Positions 9,681-21,600 of a stretch of 64,000 nucleotides of DNA are shown in pieces. How positions within the stretch are numbered: the first letter of the stretch is position 1; each line of letters begins with the position of its first letter. This stretch comes from an uncultured virus (IMG/VR IMGVR_UViG_3300035498_000616) (lineage: Duplodnaviria > Heunggongvirae > Uroviricota > Caudoviricetes): the IMG/VR virus record IMGVR_UViG_3300035498_000616. The stretch is one strand, 5' to 3'. The notes under the pieces were generated by a model that made no database searches, was not told where the DNA came from, and saw only the letters and a program-made list of their open reading frames with translations. Both the position numbers and the translations under genes were made by a program.

Positions 9681-10626
9681 TAGCAGTGTAGAAGTATGGA
9701 ATCAAGGTAATACTCTTACAGACATTTACAAACATATCGAGCGATGTGGACGTGTTTGTTATAAATCTGAAGACAAAATTACAAGTGATTCTTATAAATC
9801 ATTTATCGAAAGAATTAAGAAAAGTGGTCACGGATCTGTACTTGAACACGGAACAGTATATTTAAAAACTTACAGTGATGATGTAGCTAAGAGATACAAT
9901 TCTAATAAATATTCTATTTGTAATAGTATTGATAATAAGCATTTTATCACTACAAACATGAGAGTAATTATTGAAAATGGTTGGGAGAAAGATTTAATCT
10001 TTAGAAGTGAGCCAGATAAAGTTTATCATGAGCCAAGAATTACTATTCATTTTGTATTATCAAGAGCTATTGCTAATGAATTTGTAAGACATAGAGTTTT
10101 TAGTTTCAGTCAAGAATCTCAAAGATATTGTAATTATTCACTCGATAAATTTGATAAACAAATTCTTTTTATTACTCCGAGTTGGATGGATAAATCTAAA
10201 CTTGAAATGTTTAAGAATGATATAAGCTTAATTACTGAATACGCGTGGGATTTTAATGAATCTGAAAAAGAAACTTCAAATATTGCATTATTCTTAAATC
10301 AGTTGGCAGAAGCAGAAGGTGATTATTTTCGAATGATTGAAAAAGGCTGGAAGCCTCAACAAGCTAGAGAAATTTTACCAAATGCTTGTAAAACAGAATT
10401 AATTATGACAGGTTTTCTAAAAGATTGGTTTGGATTTTTCAAACTAAGATGTGCAGAGTCTGCTCATCCTGATGCGAGAAAATTAGCCAATGAATTATTT
10501 AGTAAACTATTTGGTAGTTTTGAAAAAGATTTTAAAGCTTGGTCAAATTTATCAAAAATACATTATAATTCAGCTTTATTTTGTAACGTTCCACTAAAAA
10601 ATATATACGGTGATGAAAAAATTTAA
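9667..10626 (+). CDS. thyX: FAD-dependent thymidylate synthase
   Basis: GHGSVLEH, the ThyX signature RHRVFSFSQESQRY, AREILP and LRCAESAHP. Confidence 0.95.
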   Translation: MNLIDSSVEVWNQGNTLTDIYKHIERCGRVCYKSEDKITSDSYKSFIERIKKSGHGSVLEHGTVYLKTYSDDVAKRYNSNKYSICNSIDNKHFITTNMRVIIENGWEKDLIFRSEPDKVYHEPRITIHFVLSRAIANEFVRHRVFSFSQESQRYCNYSLDKFDKQILFITPSWMDKSKLEMFKNDISLITEYAWDFNESEKETSNIALFLNQLAEAEGDYFRMIEKGWKPQQAREILPNACKTELIMTGFLKDWFGFFKLRCAESAHPDARKLANELFSKLFGSFEKDFKAWSNLSKIHYNSALFCNVPLKNIYGDEKI

Positions 10627-10912
10627 TGTATTAAATTTCGATATAAATAGAAACAGATTTGTTGAATACGACGTACTTCCTTATTTACGTCGTTGTTATG
10701 ATGAATCTGACCAGAAGCCTATTACAAAGGATGAATGGAAGCAATTTGTTAAACGAGAAGCTCAATATCGGTATTGGTCAAGATGTGAATATGAAATTAT
10801 TTTAGTAGATTGGCCTTGTAAAAAGACAGAAAAGAAAATCGACGTTTATCAACAAATTATGATGAATTTGGATATTATCGTTGACATTTTATATTCCGAG
10901 AAAGCCAACTAA
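10613..10912 (+). CDS. hypothetical phage protein
   Basis: ~99-aa ORF (YRYWSRCEYEIIL...KIDVYQQI). Confidence 0.75.
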   Translation: MKKFNVLNFDINRNRFVEYDVLPYLRRCYDESDQKPITKDEWKQFVKREAQYRYWSRCEYEIILVDWPCKKTEKKIDVYQQIMMNLDIIVDILYSEKAN

Positions 10913-10917
10913 AAAAT

Positions 10918-10974
10918 ATGTTCCAGACACTTATAGAGACTCATAGAGAGACTTTCTATACCTGTCTGGAACAT
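10918..10974. repeat. intergenic inverted repeat / long stem-loop
   Basis: ATGTTCCAGACA (10918-10929) is the exact reverse complement of TGTCTGGAACAT (10963-10974); inner TATAGA/TCTATA extends the stem. Confidence 0.75.
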
Positions 10975-11012
10975 CTATATGTTCATAAAAAATTTTTAAA
11001 ATAACAGCCTAT

Positions 11013-11408
11013 ATGGATGATATTAGAAATTACAATATTGGAAAGTCTGATTATTCAAGACATAAAATTCAACCTTGGGATATTTGGTTAGAATATAATC
11101 TTAATCCTTGGGATGCTGATATTATCAAACGTATTCTTAGAACAAAAGAAGAACCAAATATGACTCCAGAAGAATCTAGAATATTAGATTATAGAAAAAT
11201 AATTCATATTTGTAAGGAACGTATTCGACAATTGGAACCTAAACAACCAAAAGTTACTTTTGAATTATCAGAAATAGAATCTAGTAAATTATTAAAAGAA
11301 GAGAATGTTAAATCAGTAACATTTGAATATGGAACAATTGGAAACAAGGTTATACTAACAAAAAAAGACGGAACACAAGTAAATATTACAGATGTATCAC
11401 AATATTAA
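11013..11408 (+). CDS. DUF3310-like protein
   Basis: SDYSRHKIQPWDIWLEYNLNPWDADIIKRILRTK...DYRKIIH resembles DUF3310 (T7 gp1.7-like nucleotide kinase family). Confidence 0.65.
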   Translation: MDDIRNYNIGKSDYSRHKIQPWDIWLEYNLNPWDADIIKRILRTKEEPNMTPEESRILDYRKIIHICKERIRQLEPKQPKVTFELSEIESSKLLKEENVKSVTFEYGTIGNKVILTKKDGTQVNITDVSQY

Positions 11409-11456
11409 AAGGGGAATCTCGGTAGCTTCGGCTGCCGGGGTTCCCCTTATTTTTTA
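11407..11456. terminator. bidirectional intrinsic terminator between the convergent blocks
   Basis: GGGGAATCTCGGTAGC-TTCG-GCTGCCGGGGTTCCCC stem with a cUUCGg loop, flanked by an A-run and a T-run. Confidence 0.88.
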
Positions 11457-14400
11457 CTTTTGATCTCTTAACCACATTGTATAAGTGTCTTTAAACGAAC
11501 GAGGCAAAGCTTGAGATCCAATTGCTAACTATCCTAAAGTTTTATCTCCAAATATAAAACTAAATAAATCATTATAAACTCGTGACATTAATTTATAACT
11601 CGCAGGATTGGTAGAATTACCGAAATAATCTAATACCGCAAATGGACCTTTAAAACCATCCCACGAATTACTTGCAGCTTTATAAGTCATTTCAATTAAT
11701 GCATTCTAAACAACTTTAGTTCCGTCACCATTTGTTTTATGATCTTGATATTCTTCTGATAACCAGCATTTAAACATTGCAGCTAATAATCCTCCAATAC
11801 TAATATGACTTAACAACTTACGAAAATTAGCTCTTTGAATTTCATTAGCCCATACATTACTTTTAAAAGATTCCCATCCTCCATTTTTTAATTCTTTAAT
11901 AGTATCAGCTAATGTATAAAAAATTCCTTGAACCATAATTGGAACATCTTCCATAACAGGTAATTTTTCATTACCACCTTCTTCAAGTGTTACAGCGTTC
12001 ATATTTTCATCAAAATACAATTTATTACCTGCTGCGTCAGTTTCTTGTTTCCATTCAGTCTGAGAATTAGTTACTTGTCGTTTTTTACTATAAGTATCTA
12101 CGATTCCGTTAAACCATGTTGAAAACACACAGAAATTTCTTCCAATTGCTGTATTCTCATATTTAGCTTTCTAGCTCTAGTTATATGATCCGTAGATATT
12201 ATCAGCAAATGTTTTAAATGTTTGAATCTATCCTAATGTATAAGCATCAGGAAGATCATCTCCTTCAACTAATTTTGTATTGTTTTCCTAATTAAACTAT
12301 CTAAGTAAACTTAAATAATTACTCCGTTCTGTCCAATATTCTTTTTTACTCTAATCTCCAGATAAATAATTTTTAAATCTCTGATCGAGTTTCCAATCAT
12401 ATTTTAACTTTCCATCAACAATAGAATATGCTTTTTCTACTCCATCATGATGCATTTTAGCAGAAAATAATACCATTCTATTTAAATAATCAGGTCTTCT
12501 TAATGTAGAGAATAGCCAATTTTCATAATTTATGATACCACCTCTTCCTGTTTTCTAACCTTCGGAGATTCGAGCGACATCAATGTTAGAAAAACGATAT
12601 TTAAGATTAAACTAATTAAGTTTAGTTATAGACATTAAATTAGTTGCCCCTTCTTTAAAGACAGTTCCGTAACCATGAGCAATATCAGAAGCATTTAAAT
12701 CAGTTTGAAATTTAATACAGGCAGCAACAGTATTTTCTAACATACCTTGCATTGTATCACGAATGGCTGCTACAGGATTTGCTGCAATATAACACATAGA
12801 AACTGCTTTTCTAATCGGAGCAATAACAGCTTCAACTTTCTAAGAAGATTCTTCCATAATAGAATGATTAAACACACTCACATCAAGGAAATCTTCAATA
12901 GTTTTGATAGTACGTTTAATATTATCTTGATTACCTTCTGTTTCTCCACGAAGATACAAGTCAAGTAATATTCCTTTTGAACGTGTAAGCATTTTATTAT
13001 ATTCAACTGACTAAATATGTTTTTCTAAGAAATCAATAATTAAATTTTCAACATTAGTTTCAAAATAATCTGTTCCTTTTTCAGAAATATAATTTTCACG
13101 TCTATTCTAATCTTCCGATCGAATAAAAGGATTATATGCTTGAAGATTTTCTATATCTCTATTACGAGCTTCTTTTTCCTCATCATTTAATAAATCTTCT
13201 GAAAATTCTTCAAATGCTCCTTTTGGATCTTTTAAACGTTTTGCCCATCTTCTAAAGAACTCGTTAAATCCATGTTTCACATTAGTTCTTCTAGTGGCTA
13301 AAGAAGCTCTTTCAAGAGGAATATCAAGATAATTTGTAGTTGTAGTATTTATATCCTAAGCAATTTTAGGATCATTATAACTTTTATATTTAAAATCTGC
13401 TCCGCGCATTTCAGCACGAATTTTATTAAATTCAAATAGAATTTCTTTTAAAAATTGTAATTCAGCAGGTTTTAATTCATTCTAAACTTCAGGAGAATAA
13501 GGATTTTTAAATCTCATTGTTTTCTCTCCAGTAGTTTTATCAATTTCTAGAAGATTTGTAAATACTCTATTTTGATTACCAATAACACTATTTTCTAATG
13601 GAGTGTAACCAATAGCATCATAATATTTTTTGATAATTTTCTTAATAGGAGCATAACGATCCATCATCTAATCTGCAATAACGTTAGCTGATTTTTGAAA
13701 CATATATCCAACTACTCGAACGTTAGTGTTGCTAATATCCTATGGACGTTTAAAATATTCTTCGAACGAATCAAAGTTCTCGTTAAACAGACTAATGTCT
13801 CCATTGTACACATTAATTGCATGAAGACAAGAAGTATATAATTTAGATACAGATGCAATCAATGGGTTAGGATCGTGACACTATCTCGTTAATTCTTTCG
13901 GGGCAAGTGATATACCATTAGATTCCGCAATATTAGTTAACTAATCAATAATTACTTGTAATTTTTCAAGCTTCCCTTCAATAGTTTGTTGCGATTCAAG
14001 TCCATCAATAATTGTTCCGTCAGTTTTTACTTTTTTAATAATATTATCTTCAAGTCCTTTAATTTCATTTAAATTTACATTAGGATAATCATTAAATACT
14101 TCTTTCCACTATTGAATAAATGTTTCACTTGGATCAATTACATTATCTCGTTTGAAATTATTTTTATCATCAAATGTACTTTCATTTTTCTTAACCACTT
14201 TCAAAATTGTTTCAAACTATGGTAAAAGTAACTACATATTAAACATAGCTCCTTTAGTATTACGATAATTACTCAACGATAATACTTTTAAGTCTCCAAA
14301 TTTAGGTTGAAATGAAAAACTCGGAATAATTTTATTAATTAATGTTAATGTTCTAATTGCTTCGATGTTTCCAAAATTAGATTGCATTGTGAAATTTTCA

Positions 14401-16040
14401 TTATTTAAATCTGGAATAAACTATCCTAACAAATTATCACGTCCTTTAGCTTTACTTGTTTCAGCAATATCAAAAGGAGTTAATGTAATTACATCAACCT
14501 AATTAGTAATCTTGTGTCGAAACATTAAAATATTAGCATTATGTAATACTTCGTTTTCGATAAATTCCCATTTATAATCTGGATCTTCATCAGTGCTTGT
14601 GTTATTAGTTTCAAAATACTTCTGTAAGCTATTACTAATCATTGAATAATTAGATCCTTTAGAAGATGATGTAGAGAAGAATCTTAACTTTTGTCGAAAA
14701 GATTCTTTAATATCCTGAATTACACGTCTAGTAGATTTTTCCATTGCTTCTTTTCCATATAATTCTTCTTCTCTATCACTTACTAAATTAATTAATTCTA
14801 TGTTTTTGTCACCAACATGAGTATCGTCAATTTTAATAATTTCTTTTTCTCCAGGAAGTTTAATATCCCATCCTTTTTGTCCATCTGATCTAGGTTTAGC
14901 AATTCCTTTCCAATGCTATCTTACCCATCCAGTAGCAGATTGTTTAATTCCATGTGAGAAAATATTTGTTCCTCTACCTTGAAAAATTGTACTGAGTTGT
15001 TTATTAACAGATGTAAATATATCTCCTTCTATCACATCAATAGTTGCGTTTGATTCGATAAATTTAGCTGCAACCTTATCATATTTTTCAAGATTATATA
15101 TAGAGTCTTTACTATCGTAACTTTTAGTTCTTCCTACTTCAATATCAATAACGTTATCCAAATTATCATCATATTTTAATTTTACAGGAATTAAATTTAC
15201 ACGAATATTTGCTGCGTTAATTCCGTTAAATTCAAGAATACGTTTTAAAAATGCTAATTGATATTTATACTTTTCTTGTTTTACTGCTCCCCATTCTGAT
15301 TCATTATCTAATGAAGTTTTTAAATTAAATATTTCAATAGTTCCATCAGGTTTAACAGTTAAATAGTCAATATGTCCTAATATTTTTTCAGCTTCTCCTT
15401 TTATTTGTGCTTCAATATTAATATTTCTAAGAAGCTAAGTTTTTTGTCCATCAACAGTTCTATTTCGAAGAAAAATATTTCTCTCAATTTCTGATGTTGC
15501 TGTTTTCATTTTATCATAAATATATTCAAATGCTGTTCCTTGGCATTTTTGAGCAAAACTATAACTATCGTTATCACCTCTAGATGAAACAGCAATTTTA
15601 TGAAAATCAACAGCATTTTTTGCAATTTTATCTTTCCAGTTTTTAGTTAATTTGTTTAAATATTGATCAGCTTCATCCTCTGACATTCCTTCATTCATCA
15701 ATCTAGTTTTAATTAAATCTTTATATTCATCAATAGATAACTGAAACATTGGACGTTTTCCATCAATAGTAAATTTACCAGAATCAACAAATGTTTGAGT
15801 AGTATAATTTGTTCCAGAATTAATATCTGGATCATCACCTAACACATCGTCAGAAGATTTAAAATCATAGTTTTGATTTAAGTCTTTAATCTTATCAACC
15901 GTTTTACTTTGCTAATCAGTTTCTAAACTAAACAAGATAGATAATATATTTGATAAATCTTCGTTAGAAAGTTTTTTAATAAGATTATCATATCCTTCAA
16001 CTACTTCGTTCGTAGCTGTATTTCTATATTTACATGCCAT
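11454..16040 (-). CDS. giant virion RNAP-cluster/cargo protein with a PD-(D/E)xK-like domain, 1528 aa (TAG=Gln)
   Basis: Six ORF-track fragments share one frame and end in TAG. Start MACKYRN at 16040, TAA at 11454. GHIDYLTVKPDGTIEIFNLKTS...YKYQLAF lies at ~15250-15380. Confidence 0.8.
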
Positions 16041-16043
16041 ATA

Positions 16044-18692
16044 TTAACAACCGTATTCTATTATTTTTCCATCCTTGATCATCTATCTTACTAACTAAGA
16101 TAATTTCATATTCTTCTTAACATCTGTTATGTTTTCTGAAATTAACTAACTCATCATATCAACAAATCCAAGATCATTAGCAGATTTTCCTTGTTCGATA
16201 TTTATCCGTTTTTTTAGATTTGTTGTAATAAATTCAAAGTCTTTCTAAATTTCAGAACCTAACTATTTTGCATCAAGCATAGTAAGAAGTTCTTTTTTTC
16301 TAAACATTTTCTTAGCAATTAATGTAACAACTGCTTCTTCAATTTTATCCTATTCAGCAAAATTAGTATATACACTACTAATTCGATTAAGCTCTCCTTT
16401 AAAAGTTCCTAATCCTACGTTCTTAATATAATTAGAAATTATAGTTTGGTATTCACTAGGATATTTAGCTTTAATTACTCCTAGAAAAATATGTGAAATT
16501 TCATGAAATAAATCAGATAAATCTCCATCAGTAGTATTTATATATATTTCTCCATCATGAACAAACCCTCTAATATTATGTAGTTTTTCAGAATTTATTC
16601 CAAGTTTATTTTTATTATTAAATTCTACTAAATCATTAAATGTTAAAGTATGAATTTTAAGTCCTGGAATTTTTTCAACAAAGTAGTTTACAGCATTTTC
16701 CATCGAAGATGTTAAAATATGATTTGCGTCTGTATCGTCATCATAAGTTCCAGAAACATTAATATCGTTTCCGTTATCTTTTAAGAATTTGACAATACCT
16801 GTATTCTAGCTAAGTTTTTGTTCGATAATATATGATACACGCTTTGCTTCACTAATTTGTTTTATGATCTACTCTAAATCTTGACGATGTTTATTTAACT
16901 CTTCGTTTAATTCTCCGTTACCAATTGCTTTATAAGCTAATAATAAAAATGACATTCCATCTTCAGGAGTATGTAAGTTTTCAATACCTTTTAAATAAGA
17001 AAATGTTTGTTTAACAGTATCAATTGTTCCGTTATATATTAATGACTAAAATGTCGAAGGCAATAAAGATAACTTAACTTTAGGTAATTCAATATCTTTA
17101 ACAGTAACTAATCCACCTTCCTGAAATTTTCCATCAATGAACATGACACGTGATTGTTCTTGTTTCATACGATGTAATCCGTTCTCTAATAAATTTTCAG
17201 TTTTATTTAAATAATCAATTTTCTATTTTGCAGCATCAATTGAATCATAAATAGAAGGATATGTTTCAGGATTTACATAATAATTAGAAACTAAATAAGA
17301 TATTTTATTAGTTTTCGGGTTTACATATTTATAAATAAATCTTCCGTTGTACAATCCTTCATTAACAGAACCATCTGAAGTTGTTACTGGAGTAAATAAT
17401 CTTTTAGTATTATAAGCAAAATCATACGTTTTATTTAAATTAGTATATGGAAATTTGATTAATACTGTAGGATTGGAAACTTTTGTAGTAGTCTAATCAG
17501 CAAGAGTATATTTCGCTGTAATATTCCCTTTTTCATTTAAACTAATAGATACGGAATCAGCTATATTTCCTTCATTATCAGTATAAGGATGATTTTGAAA
17601 ATATTCATTTAACTTATCAACTACTTCTTGAGCGTTCTCTTTAACAGCTTTTTTATATTCTTTTGCATCCTTATTATCATTATTAATAGTTTTCCAAACT
17701 AAACTTAAATCTTCTTTGTTAATAGTTTTAGTTTTATCAGAAGTTTTAGTTGTTTCTTTTCCAGAAAATATTGTGTCAAGTTCGTATTTAACAAATTTAG
17801 GATCATCCTAGAAAACTTCTTCTAATACTTCATCAAGTTCTTCTTTAGTATAAGTTTTAAATTTATCATATTCATCAATATCTGATTTGTAATTTTTGAT
17901 TACGTCATATAATTTTTTCATATTAAATTTATAATCAAATTTAGAATCAGAAATATTAATATTATCCAAAGCCATTCTCAAATCACTTTTTCTAATATTA
18001 TATTCAAAATCATCAGTTAACTAATATAATATTTCATTTAAAACTCTTGCGGCATTAATAATTCGTTTGTTTTGCCCTTCTCCAATTTGAATTAAATGAC
18101 AATATTCACTTTTATTATTTAAATAATCAAGTAAAATTGCTTTGGGAGTTGATTTAAACGCTTTAGCTATAACATCCATATCTGGAAATTTCTAAGCATA
18201 ATCTTCTATTAATGCTTCCCCGTTAAGAATATTACTTAATTTCTTTTTTATATTTAAATAATTAAAAAATTTTTTAGCTCCTGCATATCCATTAATTACA
18301 AAAACTTCTTTTCCGTTTGCATCTATTGCTCGACCAAAATATTCAGATCCATTAATTCTCATTTTACTAGCCTAAACAAGAATATAATTATCATCAATAT
18401 CAGCACCTATATCTGGGAACTATTCGGCTAAACTAGGCCATTTCTTTTGCATTGTTTCTAAACTTGTATTGCTAATCCATCTTCCTTCTTTAACATCATT
18501 TTCAGTTAAATTTTTTGACTAACTAGTTAAAATTTCATGTGTTAAAGCATTTCTTGTTTTCTTATCAAGATTAACAATCATATTTGCTATCTGTTCAAAA
18601 GATATAGACTCTCCGTTTTGAATCAGAGAGTCTACATCTTTATTTAATAGCAAAGTTCTTTTATCAAATTTAATTTTTAATTGACAAGCCAT
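16044..18692 (-). CDS. virion protein with a zincin-like metallopeptidase domain, 882 aa (TAG=Gln)
   Basis: Start MACQLKI, end ...IEYGC-TAA. RGFVHDGEIYIN...LFHEISHIFL (HExxH at 16491-16505) with a downstream EEAVV. Confidence 0.8.
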
Positions 18693-18695
18693 ATA

Positions 18696-21600
18696 TTAAC
18701 ATTGAATAAATACGTAAGCCTTACTATTTGTAGAATAATTAGTTAAAATAGTTTTAATAGTATCCAAAATTTCTTGCTTTTGCGCATCATCGAAATCATC
18801 AAAATTTCCATCATAATCAATAGCAGTGTGTAATATAAACTATTTCTACATTTCAGGAAATTCAAATGGACTATTCTCGTAAAAGTTTTTCATTCGCTAT
18901 AATTTTTCATCATTAGTTTCATCGTCAAATTTATTTGGTAAATAATTAGTATATTCTAGATAATCATTATTTCCATATTTAACTTTGACAATATATCCTT
19001 GAATAGGATCTTTAACTTTAATGAATTTTTCTGTAGCAAATCGTTCAGAAAACGAACTAATGGTTGGAGCAATATTAATTAAATAATCATTATTGCTATA
19101 ATCAAAGTTATCTTCGAAACTCATATCACCATCTCCAACAAATTTAAGATATTTATTTAAAATATTATCCTAACCAGATGTTTTCTAGAATATTGTAGTT
19201 AAACGATCGCTACCATATTGATTATAGTTAACTAATAAATTATATAACTACAAAATGTCAGCAATTGTATAGTTAGATTTATCATATTTAATTCCTTCGA
19301 ATTGTGCAATTCCTTGAAGAATTTCTCCATATCCATACTTGGAAATGTTAGATATGTCAGGATTCATCAAGTCAATGTCAGTTGCCAATACTGATCCGTG
19401 ATCATTAGCGGTAACTTTTAAATGTTTTACTAATGGATTAGAACCATAATTATCCTATAAATATTTTAAAAATTCATTTTCAACGAAATGTTTAAACGTC
19501 ATAATTCCGTCTATTGAACTAAGATCAGCATAATCAGTAGTAATACTCTAATAATATTTGTTGAATCCCATTACATATTTATGAAACGGAATAGGACCAC
19601 TTTTCTCAGATCCATCAGTCATTAAGTGATTAGCAAACTAGATAATTTTATATTTATCATAGAAAGAACTTATTTTTCTAAAGTTTTCTTCAGTTAAGTT
19701 CTAATTATTTTTTCGAATTGATTTAAAAATAAATCGAGTTTTTTGTGCAAATTCATTTGAAGCTACAACCGAATTAAATAAATCAAGAATAGCAGAATAC
19801 TAAGGTAGAACTTCCATCATTTTAAAGATATTTGTAGTTCCCATGATTAAATCATAATAATCCGCAACGTGTTTACGATATGATTTATCAGAAAGATATT
19901 TTAAAATATCAAATTTATTAATAATATCTTCATATTCATCAAAAGTTTTTTCTGTAATTTCTTTATTCGGATTATTCTCTTTAAGTTTCTACACTAACTC
20001 TGATCTATTTTTCATAATAATTTCGTCAGATTTTTCTTTCTTTGGTTTATTCTTTCTGTTATCTTCAAACATTTCATTATCCTACTCAACATCATCGTTA
20101 ACTACGTTACTATTTTTAAATATGTCAGCTGCAACGATACCTAATTTGTTTTCACGAGATGTAACAATTCGCTACATCTTATTTAACTTATTAACAATTC
20201 CAACAATATCTGTAGGAATACCTTGATTCAATGATAAAAATGCTGTAGCAAAATCAGATAACTCTGAAGATAAATCATATAATTTTTTAAATTCAGCTAT
20301 ATCTTCATAAAATTCTTGAACTGTTGAATATTTATCGTATGTTTGTCTAAGTTTTTTAATTAAATTTTGACAATAATTTAAATACTAATTCATTTCAATA
20401 TCATTAACTTCAATTTCTCGTAAGTTAATATTTGTATCAGACAAAGCCAAATTAATAGCAGCTCGCATTGCTTTAGAAAGAGGAACAGAATTTATGTCGT
20501 CAACGTTAACTCCGTCGTGTTCAGCGATCCAATTTTTAATTTTATCTTCTCCAACATACTCAAGAACTCTATTTGCAACATAAGTAGATTTCGCAGTAGT
20601 ATAAGATTCATCTGTATCTGGATCATATTCGTAATAACTTCCATGTAAAAATTTACTATGACCAACAATACCTTGAGCTAGATTAATAGCCATAGAAGCA
20701 TTCTTAAACGTTGAATTATTAGAAAATACATTTCGATTAGCTTGACTATCAATAAATTCAGATACGTCAGAAGTCATAAATGATACTAAATCATCAACAT
20801 CGAATCCCATAATAAAACCAAAAATATACATTCTCGCAAAGTTTGTTCCAGAATTAATACGCGCAAGAATTAACTCTTTAGCATTATCGGTTGCCGCTGA
20901 CAATAACTAAGAAATTTTCTAATCAACATAACTATATTTAAATTCATCGTCAGTTACTCCAAATGTATTCATTAATTCTTTTCGAATTCGCTCGTCTTTC
21001 CAATTTAAATCAGGTAAATGATCAATTGTTGTATTTTCTAGATTTTTCTTAGCGCGTCCTTTAATACGATTAAATTTAACATTAAATTTTAATTCATTTC
21101 CTCTACCCTTTTTAAGCATTTCGTTCCAATAATAGAACATATTAAACCAAACTTTTTCACCATTTGCTGCAATACTAATTACGTTTTTACCAACAAGATT
21201 CTAATATTGCATAATATATTTAGTAAAAGGATTTAACATATTTAATGTTTTAACCTAACCGTTTTTTGGAGAATTATTAGCAGCTTTCTACAAATCAGCC
21301 ATTGTTACTGCTGTGTATGCTTGATCTCGATTTCGAATATCATGAGCTACTGCGTAAATATTAGCTGAAGCAGAGTTTTTATATATAGCTTCTGATAAAT
21401 TATGTGGAATAGGAGTAAACTCATGTCTATTAATTTTATCAATTACTTCTTGAGCAAACTCTTTATCAGAACCATCATATTTAACATTTACTTCTTTATC
21501 TTCATCAGTTACATTTACATTAGATTCAACCGAACGAATAATTTCAACCAAATCAAGTAAATCATTGCTAGATTGATATTTGTTAACCGCTTTGGTTATA

